Assembly (NCBI RefSeq): GCF_000142905.1
Contig: NW_013657631.1
Span: 124,001 to 188,000 of the forward strand
Reading direction: 5' to 3'
Length of the DNA: 64,000 nt
Source of the DNA: Thecamonas trahens ATCC 50062
Taxonomy: Eukaryota; Protista; Apusomonadida
Part shown: positions 31,641-41,427 of the stretch, piece after piece
Layout of the letters: each line of letters starts with the position of its first letter
How positions within the stretch are numbered: the stretch's first letter is position 1
Translations under genes and position numbers: made by a program
The notes under the pieces: model-generated
The model's input: the letters and a program-made list of their open reading frames with translations, nothing else
The model's database searches: none
What the model was told of the DNA's origin: nothing

Positions 31641-33530
31641 ATGGGAAGACGCAAACACGGCTACGCCCGCCTCCCGCAGTCTCGTCACTCTCGCGAGCCA
31701 GGCCCTCCCTCAGCCTCCTCACCCTCCCCCACCTCCTCCTTGCCCTCCCCGCCCTCCTCCTCCTCCTCCGCACCAGCAGCCGCAGCAGCAACAGGAGGAG
31801 GAGGACAGTCGTCAGTGGTCTCAGCATCGTCGCAGACTGCTTTGTCTGCAACTGCTCGTGGGGGATCAATCTCCTCGCTCTCCTCGCAATCAGGTCCAAC
31901 TCGACCTCCTGCATCCGCTGGTCACTCATCGCCCACTCGTCGGTCTCCTGCTGCTCGTCTCCTGGCTCCGCTCTCGGCTACATGCTCATCGGCTGTCATG
32001 ATCTGTGCCCTTGCTGGCTCGGCCCTGACTGGCGGTCGGCTGAGTGGTCGCTCGGGGAGAAGCGCTCCACCGCAGTGTTGTCGATCGGTGTTCTACGGAT
32101 GGCTCATCGCGCTCGTCTGCGGCTATCAGTACTTTCTCTCCGGCCCTGGCCAGACCTACGGTGTCTCGCAGTTCCTTCCGGCCTACGGCCAGTCATTTGG
32201 CCTCTCTGCAGCGCGGCTCTCGCTTTTGTATGCCATTGCCACCGCCGCCTCGGGCTTTACCCTGCCTATCATGGGCAGAGTCGTCGATCGCATGGGCGTC
32301 AAGCGGGCGTCGCTTCTGGTTGCGGTCGCCTTTGCCCTCGTCTGTGTCTTCAACGCCTCGCTGCTCTCGGGTGAGGTCACCATGCTCCTTTCGTTCTACC
32401 TTCTGCGCTTCCTCGGCCAGGGCTCGATGACCCTTCTGCCCAAGACCCTGCTCCCGCAGTGGTTTGTGGAGAAGCGCGGACGGGCCTTTGCCCTCGTCAA
32501 CATCGGCTCGTTTGGCGGCTCGACCGTCTTTCCGGTCGTCCTAACTGCGCTCATCAGCGGGCTCGGCTGGCGCAAGACCTGGTTCATCCTCGCCCTCATC
32601 CTCCTTGCTACCTTTGTCCCGCTCGTGCTCTTTGTCGTTGTCGACGCGCCGGAGCACATCGGCCTCCTCCCCGATGGCGCCACCCTCTCCCACAACCGCA
32701 CTCCGCCGCCGCTGGCGGACCAGGCCACAGCTGCGCTGCTGCGGGTCCGGCCGGGTGAGGAGCCTGATTCCGAGTCGGACGACGACGAGCCCGAGTACCT
32801 CGTCCCGCCCGGCTTTGAGATCTCGTGGACGCGTGCCCAGGCCATGCAGACCCGGACCTTCTACTTGCTACTCGCCTGCAACGCCCAACGTGCTGCTGTC
32901 AACACCGCCATCACCTTTTTCCTGCACCCAATGCTCACCCGCCGCGGCATGACTGACATCCAGGCGGCGCTGGTGCTCTCGGTGCAGGCCGCGGTCGGCT
33001 TTCCCATGACCCTTGTCGCCGGCGTCCTCGCCGACCGGGTTCCGCTCCGGTACATCCTCTCGGCCACATACCTGACCCAGGCCCTGTTCCTCACCGTCAT
33101 GGCCTATGCGTCTACCGTCGGTCTCGCCGTTGTCGCCGCCGTCCTCTGGGGCATTGCCGGTGGCCTGGAGCAGATCGGGTTCAACGTAGTCTGGCCCAAC
33201 TACTACGGCCGCAAGCACGTCGGCGGCATCGTCTCCATCTCCATCTCGGTCATGGTGCTAGGCTCGGCCATCGGCCCGCTGGCTTTTGCGCTCCTCCGCG
33301 ACTCGGTCGGCTCCTACCGTGACGCCATCCTATACATCGTGCCTCTTGCTCTCGTTTGCTCCGCCCTGGCCTACGGTGCAGCCAAACCCCGCATCCGCGA
33401 CTCGGGCCTCGCCCCGCTCGACTTTTACGATGACGACCTGGTCATGCGCAACCCGGCGCGCCAGTCGCTGCTCCCACTCACCCGTCCGCCACTCGTTGCC
33501 ACCGACGACTCGCTGGAGGAGGTCGACTAG
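31641..33530 (+). CDS. MFS transporter (OFA/MCT-like, GPGQT type) with a Ser-rich N-terminus
   Basis: About 12 hydrophobic segments. Motifs FYGW, SGPGQTYGVS, MGRVVDRMG, LRFLGQG, PQWF..KRGRA and YYGRKHVGGI. Confidence 0.9.
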   Translation: MGRRKHGYARLPQSRHSREPGPPSASSPSPTSSLPSPPSSSSSAPAAAAATGGGGQSSVVSASSQTALSATARGGSISSLSSQSGPTRPPASAGHSSPTRRSPAARLLAPLSATCSSAVMICALAGSALTGGRLSGRSGRSAPPQCCRSVFYGWLIALVCGYQYFLSGPGQTYGVSQFLPAYGQSFGLSAARLSLLYAIATAASGFTLPIMGRVVDRMGVKRASLLVAVAFALVCVFNASLLSGEVTMLLSFYLLRFLGQGSMTLLPKTLLPQWFVEKRGRAFALVNIGSFGGSTVFPVVLTALISGLGWRKTWFILALILLATFVPLVLFVVVDAPEHIGLLPDGATLSHNRTPPPLADQATAALLRVRPGEEPDSESDDDEPEYLVPPGFEISWTRAQAMQTRTFYLLLACNAQRAAVNTAITFFLHPMLTRRGMTDIQAALVLSVQAAVGFPMTLVAGVLADRVPLRYILSATYLTQALFLTVMAYASTVGLAVVAAVLWGIAGGLEQIGFNVVWPNYYGRKHVGGIVSISISVMVLGSAIGPLAFALLRDSVGSYRDAILYIVPLALVCSALAYGAAKPRIRDSGLAPLDFYDDDLVMRNPARQSLLPLTRPPLVATDDSLEEVD

Positions 33531-35626
33531 AGTGTCAAGTGCATCACCCCGTCAGCGTGCGGCCCGATCGCCCGCCGCAGCGCCGCCCACGCCCCGGCCG
33601 GCGCGCTCCACCCTCTCAACTCGAGGCACTCGAGGCTCGGCCACGACGTGGCCTCATCATGCGGCTGTGGATTGCGAGACGCAATGTAGGCCCCCAAGGC
33701 AGGATCGATATCAGTGTAGTCCTGCTCCGGCGCTGCAGTGTCGCCCTGCCCGGTCGCTTCCGTGGCCACACGAGGTATGCCCAGCGCCAGCTCGACAACA
33801 CCCGCCGCCCGCCCACGCGGCCTGTGGATCATCGACGACATCCGCAGCATCCGAAGATCCTTGGCCTTGCGAAGCGCCGTAAACGCTGCAAGCGTTGCGT
33901 CCACGTCGCAGCTTCGTCCGTCAGTCTCACATATGGTTACGGCAGTCAGGTTGAGTGAGACGAGCTGCGGAGCCACCGCCGCAAGTGCATGCAGTGCTGC
34001 CGTATCCAGCACATGGTTCAGAACCGGGGCAGTGGTCATCGTCATTAAACCCTTCTCGTTTCGATACTTCCGCGGCCAAGAGACGTCGAGCTCAGTGGTC
34101 GACGCAGGCAGGCTGGCAAAGACGGCGGTGAGCGGCGCGCCCTCGTGGCTCCAATGAGAGATGAACCGGACGTGATGGGCATCAAGACGCTCGAGCTGCG
34201 GCGCGGCAGTCAGCAACGACTTCAGGCTCTTGGTTGTCATGCAAGTGTGTGAGATGTCCAGAGTGACAAGATTGGGCATGGCCGGCCAAGCGGTGTCGTC
34301 CGGTTCGGCCAGTGCCACGCAATTGCGGACGTCGAGGTGGACGAGCCCTGCGCCGAGGCGGTCGAGCATGGCAAAGAGATCTTTGTGCGAGAGCGAGACA
34401 AAGTCGGTGACCTGCAGGTTTGTGACATGTGGAAAGTGCGTCGCCAGACGCACGCCGAGCGTGCCACTGCTCTGGATCGGCGCAAGCAGCCGCGTCCCGT
34501 CCGAGAACCGGGTGGCGCGCAGTGTGAGCCGCCACACGTGCGGGCACTGCTCAGCCATGATGTCGACCATCTTGGGGCTGACAACAAGCGCCGAGAGATC
34601 AAGGTGCAGAACCTCGGGGTTGAGGAAGAGCCGCATGGCCTCCCAAGAGAGCGCGCCGTTCTTCTGCAAAAAGGTAAAAAGCATGGCCAGGAGCTTGGGC
34701 GGGAGGCCAGCAGCCACAGCTTCGCGCGCAGACAGTGACCCGCTGGCGAGGCGGTCGCCAAGCACGCCCAACACAATGTCGGTGAGACTTGGAACCTGGG
34801 CGAGGGTGCGACGACGCGCCGGCTGTTTGTCCGGCGCAAACAAAGACTTGCTGTCACTGGGATGATGCACTGCCCGCACCGACTGCAACGAGATGTTGCG
34901 CCCGAGGCCGATAGTGCCGCCATCGGCCTCGTCCGTCTCCTTTCCCTTTCCCTTACCCCCCTCCACCTCCTCCACTGCCAACGCCGCACTCGGCCCCAAC
35001 TCGGGCGCCTTCATCGGCACGCGACGGGTAAGAAAGTCGGCCAGAGGCGCCTTTGTCTGCGGCGATGATGCCCAGACTCCAAAGCTCGCCGCAGTAGTGA
35101 CAGGTCTCGCCACGGAAAACTCAAACTTCCGGGCTGTGGCAACCCACGCCGGCTGCCCACCCGGGCTTCCTTCCGCTTCCACAGCAGCACCATCTGTTGG
35201 CCCAGCAGCCTCGGTCCTTTCTCCAGCCACGGCTCCAGCTCCAGCTCCAGACCCAGCCCCTGCTCCAGACCCAGCCCCAGCCCCTACCCCTGCCGCGTCG
35301 CCATTGTCGTCAGGCATCACCAGTCGAAAGCGAGAGTTTCGTTCGGCAGCTGCGGCGAAAGCTTCCATGGACATGGGATCTCCAACCATGTTGTATGAAC
35401 TCCTTGATATGGGCGGCGCGCGGACGGAGCCGCACTTGCGGATTCTGGTGACCCGGGCGGATCGGGTTCTGTAAGACATGGAGACGTGTGGTGGTAGTCC
35501 TGAAGGTGAGGGAGGTGGTGGTGATGGTGACTGACTGGCTCGTGTCGCATTTGGGTCAGTGCGACTCGATGAACCGACGGGCGAAAAGGCGGTGCCGGTG
35601 GGGAGGCCGTGGGATGAGGATGACAA
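33527..35626 (-). CDS. RNI-like leucine-rich-repeat protein with a BC-box/cullin-box-like segment
   Basis: LRRs LHLDLS, LVHLDVRNC, LVTLDISHT, LERLDAHH and LVSLNLTAV, preceded by VPSLTDIVL...GLPPKLL. Start uncertain. Confidence 0.75.
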   Translation of the reverse strand: MSSSSHGLPTGTAFSPVGSSSRTDPNATRASQSPSPPPPSPSGLPPHVSMSYRTRSARVTRIRKCGSVRAPPISRSSYNMVGDPMSMEAFAAAAERNSRFRLVMPDDNGDAAGVGAGAGSGAGAGSGAGAGAVAGERTEAAGPTDGAAVEAEGSPGGQPAWVATARKFEFSVARPVTTAASFGVWASSPQTKAPLADFLTRRVPMKAPELGPSAALAVEEVEGGKGKGKETDEADGGTIGLGRNISLQSVRAVHHPSDSKSLFAPDKQPARRRTLAQVPSLTDIVLGVLGDRLASGSLSAREAVAAGLPPKLLAMLFTFLQKNGALSWEAMRLFLNPEVLHLDLSALVVSPKMVDIMAEQCPHVWRLTLRATRFSDGTRLLAPIQSSGTLGVRLATHFPHVTNLQVTDFVSLSHKDLFAMLDRLGAGLVHLDVRNCVALAEPDDTAWPAMPNLVTLDISHTCMTTKSLKSLLTAAPQLERLDAHHVRFISHWSHEGAPLTAVFASLPASTTELDVSWPRKYRNEKGLMTMTTAPVLNHVLDTAALHALAAVAPQLVSLNLTAVTICETDGRSCDVDATLAAFTALRKAKDLRMLRMSSMIHRPRGRAAGVVELALGIPRVATEATGQGDTAAPEQDYTDIDPALGAYIASRNPQPHDEATSWPSLECLELRGWSAPAGAWAALRRAIGPHADGVMHLTL

Positions 35627-35713
35627 GATCTTGGAGAGGATTAACGTTAGAGGATTGGAGAGGAGGAGGGGGGGGGGAGGGGGGAGGGAGACGCAGGGAG
35701 AGGCAGGGAGAAG

Positions 35714-37788
35714 CTAGTGGTTGAACGGGTCGTCAGGGAACTCGTCGGTCCAGACCGAGTGGAGCTCCGAGGTGTTGCGCGCATGTTGCTCGGCGGTGTA
35801 GTCTGGCCAGGGAACGTGGGCCATGGCCCGGCCGAGGATGCGGCCCATGTCCTGTTCGTAGAGCGAGGGGAAGATCTGATGCGCATGCCAGATGAGATCG
35901 GCGTCGTAAGCGACCGAGATGAACGTCGAGCGCCGGTCCGGGTACTTGGCGGCGAGGAAGAGGAACCGCTCGTATGACCGGACAAGGCCGCGGAAGAACG
36001 GGGTGTAGCCCGCAGCAAGCGCGTCGGCGCCATCGGCGCCCGTCACGACGTGAAGGCCGGCGAGCCACTTGCGATCGCGGACAACCTCGGCAGGCGTCAT
36101 GGTGGCGAGCAGGTTGGCCGAGACAAGGCCGGGCCGGTGCGCGGCGCCGTCCGGGTAGACTTCGGCGAGATTGACAATGTACTCATCGCCATAAGCCTCG
36201 CGCCAGGCGGTGCGCGTCCGCTCGAGGGCAACCTCAACGTCGTAGTCGCTATCGTCGGTGAGGAGCTTGCCAAACTTGTCGAGCACAATGAGCGGACCGC
36301 GACGGTCGACGAGCTTGTGTCGCGCCCGAGGTCCGGCCTCGCTGACGCAGTACGTCTTGTACTCGCGGGTCCGGATAATGTGCGAGAACCAGACAGCGAG
36401 GATGTCGAGCGCAGGGATGAGCGGAGTTCCCCGGCGCGAGCATTGGTAGACTCGAGCTTGAGGAACTTCTCATAGCGGTCCATGGCAAGCTCCACGTTGT
36501 CTTGGCGTGCGAGCTCGTCCACCGTGTCGATCATGAGAGCCATCTGATAGATGCGGTTGGCCGAGTCGACGAGGTCTACCGAGACGTTGATGACAGGCTG
36601 TGGGCCGGTAGCTGGGTCGGCAGCGGCAATGGGCTCGTGCAGTGCCTCGACGACGTGCGGCGACCACGCGTCAAGCAACGGCTCCTTGAGCGAGTAGAAC
36701 GGGAACCGCCGCATGCCGTCGGCGACGGCGGCGCGCGCCTCGTCGTTAACTCCCGGCGCATCGCGAACATACACGTCATTGTCAAGGATAGACCGGACGC
36801 AGAGCTTGGCAAGCGAGGGAAACTCGGCTGTCGGGCAGGTCAGCCCGGTGTTGTTCTTGATGGAATCGGCCCACCACGACGGTGGGGACGCCTGGTTTGG
36901 GACAGGCGGCCGACGAGCCAAGTCCGGCTGGGTCGGCAACGGCGGCACGCATGGGGGCGGAATCAGCCGTTGCGGTGGTGGTGCACATCCAAGCTGTGGT
37001 GGGGGTGGAGGGCGGGGCGGGCCAATCGGAATCTGCACCGCCCGCGGCGCACACCCGAGCGGCTGCTGTGGAAATGGCATGGGAGGCGGGGCACACCCTA
37101 GCTGAGGGGGAAGCGGCAGGTCCGGCAACTCTTCCGGCTCCATATCGCAAGCCATAAAGTCAAACGACGGAACACGAGTGATGGTAGGTATCTGATCCCG
37201 CGAGTCGGGGGGACAAGCATGTGGGGCGGCAACTGGGCGCACGAGACCGGCATGTTGTCAAAGATCGAGTCTGGCACTGGAATCGGCTCGTACGGTTGCG
37301 CACAGGCAAGAGGCCGGTCAAACTCGGCAAATGGGTTGTCAAGAAGAGTGCTGCCATCAGGCTGCGGGCATGGCTCCGCGCATGCGACGTTCATAATGAG
37401 CTCAGGCTCTTCGTCAAGCGCGACGGGCGCGACGTCGGGTTGGACATCCGCCACATCCTCGACCGGTTCAGAGCTGGACGGCCCACCGGCATCGTTCTCC
37501 AGATCAGAGTTTGTCTGACCTCGCAGCCTGCGGACAAGACCGGCAGTTCGAGTCTTTGATGCCTTCTGTAGAACGATGCGGTGCTCCGCAGAATGATGTT
37601 GACAAAACGCCGCCCGTCACCACACATCGCCAGCCGTCACCCCCACACACGCCACACGCCAGCCGCGCCACAGGTCATACGCCACAGGTCATACGCCTCA
37701 TGAGTCATACCACCCCCGAGCACCAAACCACTAATACAACATCCTCACCCGTCTCCTCTACACATACCGCGGCCACCTTCTTCAGCAT
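35714..37788 (-). CDS. GRDP/DUF1399-family protein with a Pro-rich N-terminus, with apparent frameshifts near 37220 and 36440
   Basis: Two DUF1399-like units: AMDRYEKFL...PALDILAVWFSH and YERFLFL...DADLIWHAHQ.FP..Y..D. Exon 1 37788..37768 (GTATGT donor), exon 2 from 37565. Confidence 0.8.
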
Positions 37789-37904
37789 GTCTACGCCCGT
37801 GTGCTCTGGCGACAGGTGCCGTTCTCTTCCCCAAAACGGCGGACAGGCGTGACACACGGAGCGAGTTGGACCACGGCGTGCAATGACCATGTTTATGGCA
37901 TTGG

Positions 37905-39473
37905 TCACAAAAAGTCGACCGAGAGCCCGGTGAGGGCCTTGAACCGGTTGAAGAGGTTGGACGACCAGCCAGTCTTGGTCCGCTCAAAGTCGGAGCGCGG
38001 AATGCCGGACTGGCTCAGAGTCAGATCCGTGCCGCCCGACCGCGACGGGGTGAGGGTGAACTCGACGCGCGAGTGGTGGCCGGCCGGCCACGACTCGAAC
38101 CGCCAGTCCTGGACAAGCTTGGTCGGCGCCTCGATGGCCACGTTGGTTCCAGAGACAAGACCCGAGAACATGGTGAACGCCGCGCCGGCCTCGAGCGGCA
38201 TCGACGTCGCCGCCTGCGTCACAGCAGACAGCCGGCCCTCGTCAGTGATCCAGGCAAAGACCTCCTCCGGCGGAAGATCAAAGTGGAGCTTTTGCTTGAA
38301 CGAGTCGGTCTTCTCACCCGACTTGGTCGAGCCCGTACCCTTGGTTTTGGCCGGTGCCGCCGCCGCAGGCGCCGCCGCCGCCGCAGGCTCGGTCTCCATG
38401 GCCACCTGCGCGGCGCCCGACGCCGGCGGTGCCTTGCTCGCACCCGCACCCGAGGCCTTCTTGGCACCGGTCGGCTTGGCGTGCTCCCGCAGATCATCCA
38501 GCAGCCGCACAAAGAGGTCCACAACAACCGGGCGGACCTTGGCCTTGATGGCGGCGAGCAGCGGAGCCGCCGCAGAGTTGTTCTTGGTCAGCTTGACGTT
38601 GATCTCATAGTCGCCATCCCGCGCGTTCTCCTCGGCAATGTACGGCATGTCGACGGTGCCCTTAGCCACGACCTCGCCAGGCGTCCCGGCGTTGAGAGTG
38701 GCCTTGAACGAGAGGGTGACGGCGACTTCGTAGAACAGATACGTCTTGCCGCGACGATGGGTGACGGTCACCTCACCGGTGAACGACTTGACCTTTGTCA
38801 CCGTTGCCTCCATGCCTCCGCTCCCATCCAGCAGCACAGCGCCCGTCGCCAGCTCCTCATAATGGCTCGTTGCCCACTTGCTCATGTCGCGCTCCTCCCA
38901 GTGCCACCCACCGACATTGCGCCCATCCTCACGCTCCTGCACAATCCACCGCTCATCACCCTCGTCGATCTTAGCCTGAACCCCCCTCCCCCCATGCCAC
39001 ATGAGTCCATGCCCGATCGACATACCCGATATGCCTCGACGCCCACCCACCCAGCGAGTACCCAGCGAGCACCCAGCGAGCACCCAGCTCCGACAAGGCG
39101 GGGGGGGGGGACGATCTGGCTGGGCATAGTCCATACAGAAGACACAGCCACAGCCACAGCCATACCCGAGCCAGCCCCCACACCTATTATATATCCCTCC
39201 ACTCCAACCATCCCCCCTCCCCTCCCTGTATTCATCCCTGTACCCCCAATCCCTTCCCCTTCCCCGTTTCCCTTTCGCTCGGTCGCGGTCTCTTCCATGT
39301 CGGCCTTCACGAAGCCGATCGATCCTCCTTCCTCCCCCCCACCCCCCGGGTCACCCAGCCAGCCAGCCACAAACACATCCGTAGTCAACACACACTATAA
39401 ACTACACACATATAAAGTATATATTATGCTACTCCATCACGTAAGGTAGTATGTTGGGATGTTTGCGTACCAT
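37905..39473 (-). CDS. AHSA1: Activator of Hsp90 ATPase (Aha1)
   Basis: ATG-only exon 39473..39471, intron 39470..38976. Then AKIDEGDERWIVQEREDGRNVGGWHWEERD, HRRGK and a C-terminal START-like domain (KLVQDWRFESWPAGHHS). Confidence 0.93.
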
Positions 39474-39734
39474 CGCTTTCTGATTCCGTCTGTGGGAATG
39501 CGTTGAGTGTCCCCGCCCTCTCTCTTGCTCTCTCTCCGGACTCGCTCGTCTGTCCTCGCCCGCCGTCCCGACTATCACTCGGTCGATGCGATTGGCTGTG
39601 TCGTAGCGAGGGGTTGGTCAGGGAGAGGCAAAGACAGCAGTGGCAACATGGGAACTGGCCGACATTATGTTCAAGCCAAACAAGATCTACTTGGTCTTTG
39701 GGTTTTAGAGCGGGCGGGCAGGTATGTTGGGGTT

Positions 39735-41172
39735 TTATGCCGTTTTCTTGGACCCGGTACTGTGGACCATCGGCCCCGGAGAGTGCGGCGGTGCGGCCGG
39801 CTCAGAGGCCCCGATGAGGTCTGCGCGAGGAACAGGCTGTACGGTGGCAGCAGGAGCAGGATGGGGCAGGGCGGCGGTAGCGTCGAGCGCCGGCGAGTGC
39901 TCTTCCTCGGACGACTCCTCCTCGGTCTCAATCGAGTCCCATGCCCCAGCGGAACCATGGTCTGAAAGTCGATGGGTGCCGGCGGGGCATTGCACAGCGC
40001 GCCGACGCACCGCGTCACAGGTGAGATGCTACCCGAGGTGCGGAAGGCGGTGGTGAGGAGGCCGAGATGGGTGGATGCAGCGTCAAAGAGCTGGAAGCCG
40101 ACGCGGAGCGAGATAGCGGCGGTGACGACGGCGAGCGCAGTGTGCGAGAGCGGAACGACTAGCGCATAGCGGAGATAGGCGACAGCCGAGACACCGATGA
40201 GCAGTGACTCGAGAAAGGCGGCGAGGACAACAATGACGTACGGGCCGTAGTTGCACGCGCCGATACAGTTGCCCATGACGGACGAATGGAGGCGGAAGCC
40301 AATGACGCAGTTGTCGCACAACGAGCAGTGTTCGACGCCGGGCGGCTTGTAGAACTGGCACACATTGCAGAGGGGGAACTGAACCCAGTGTCCGGCCACC
40401 TTGCGCTCCACAAAGCCTGCGTCCTCTTCCACGCCATCCCAAAAGGTAAACTCGATCTCGGCGTCATCGCGGCGGTACGGCACAATACCCGGGTCGGAGA
40501 ACCTGACCACCGTGAGTCCGACCATAATCAGCATGAGCAAGTACAGCATAGCGGCTCTCAATCCTGCGACGGTTTTCCCAACACACACAAAGACACACAC
40601 GACCCCAATCCCCAGCCCCAAGCGCGCCCAGCGTGCCCAGGCCGCCATCAGCCAACCCACGCCGATCGCCATCAGCCAACAAGCAGACCCATACCGATCA
40701 TCCCACCGTCAGCAAAGCCGCCACACACAAACCGCACACAGACACACAGATCGATCATTCATGCATTCCGTCCACATTGCCCAGCATGAGTCTTACCCCA
40801 TTGCACTGTACTGTGTCCGTCTGTCGCTCCGCCCCGCACCCGCGCCGCGCCCCCCCCCCCTCTCCCCCCCCCCCTTCCCGCACCCCCGCACCCACCTCCC
40901 CTCAGCCAATGTGACGTACCCCACAAAGCCCATGAGCCATCCTCCGGCAGCAAGACATCCAACCAACCCATATACAAGACCAGGGAGGTTATGGCCAGAG
41001 CCAGGACGGAGGAGCCAGGAACAGCCGAAGGCGGACCAGTGACCAACTTGCCCGACCACTTGAACTGCGACTTTGTTACGTAGACCTCGGAGAGCGGGAA
41101 CATACTCCCGCCTGCACCTGCTTCATCAGTCTCGTCAAAGGGGCACTTTCGCCGAGGCACCTCTCCAGCCAT
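39735..41172 (-). CDS. DHHC palmitoyltransferase-like protein (Erf2/ZDHHC9-like layout) with the DHHC motif replaced by RLHS
   Basis: Exon 1 41172..40920, exon 2 from 40563. Motifs SDPGIVP and CNVCQFYKPPGVEHCSLCDNCVIGFRLHSSVMGNCIGACNY. The 3' end is at 39735 or 39671, depending on a possible frameshift. Confidence 0.8.
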
Positions 41173-41427
41173 TCTCTCTCTCTCTCCCTCTCTCTGTCGC
41201 TCGCTCTGTCGCTCGCTCTGTCGCTCTGTCGCTCGCTCTGTCGCTTTGTCGCTCTTCTGGTCGAGTCAAGTGCGGTGGTTGGTGGCTGACTCGTCGTCGT
41301 GGCCACTGGCCACTGGCCAGCTCATCTGCCTGATCAAATGGCTGGGGGAAGGGGGGATCGGAAGGGGGGGGGGGGGGGATCGGAAGGGGTGGGATGTACT
41401 GCTGCAGGTGCACGCACGGTACGGCGG

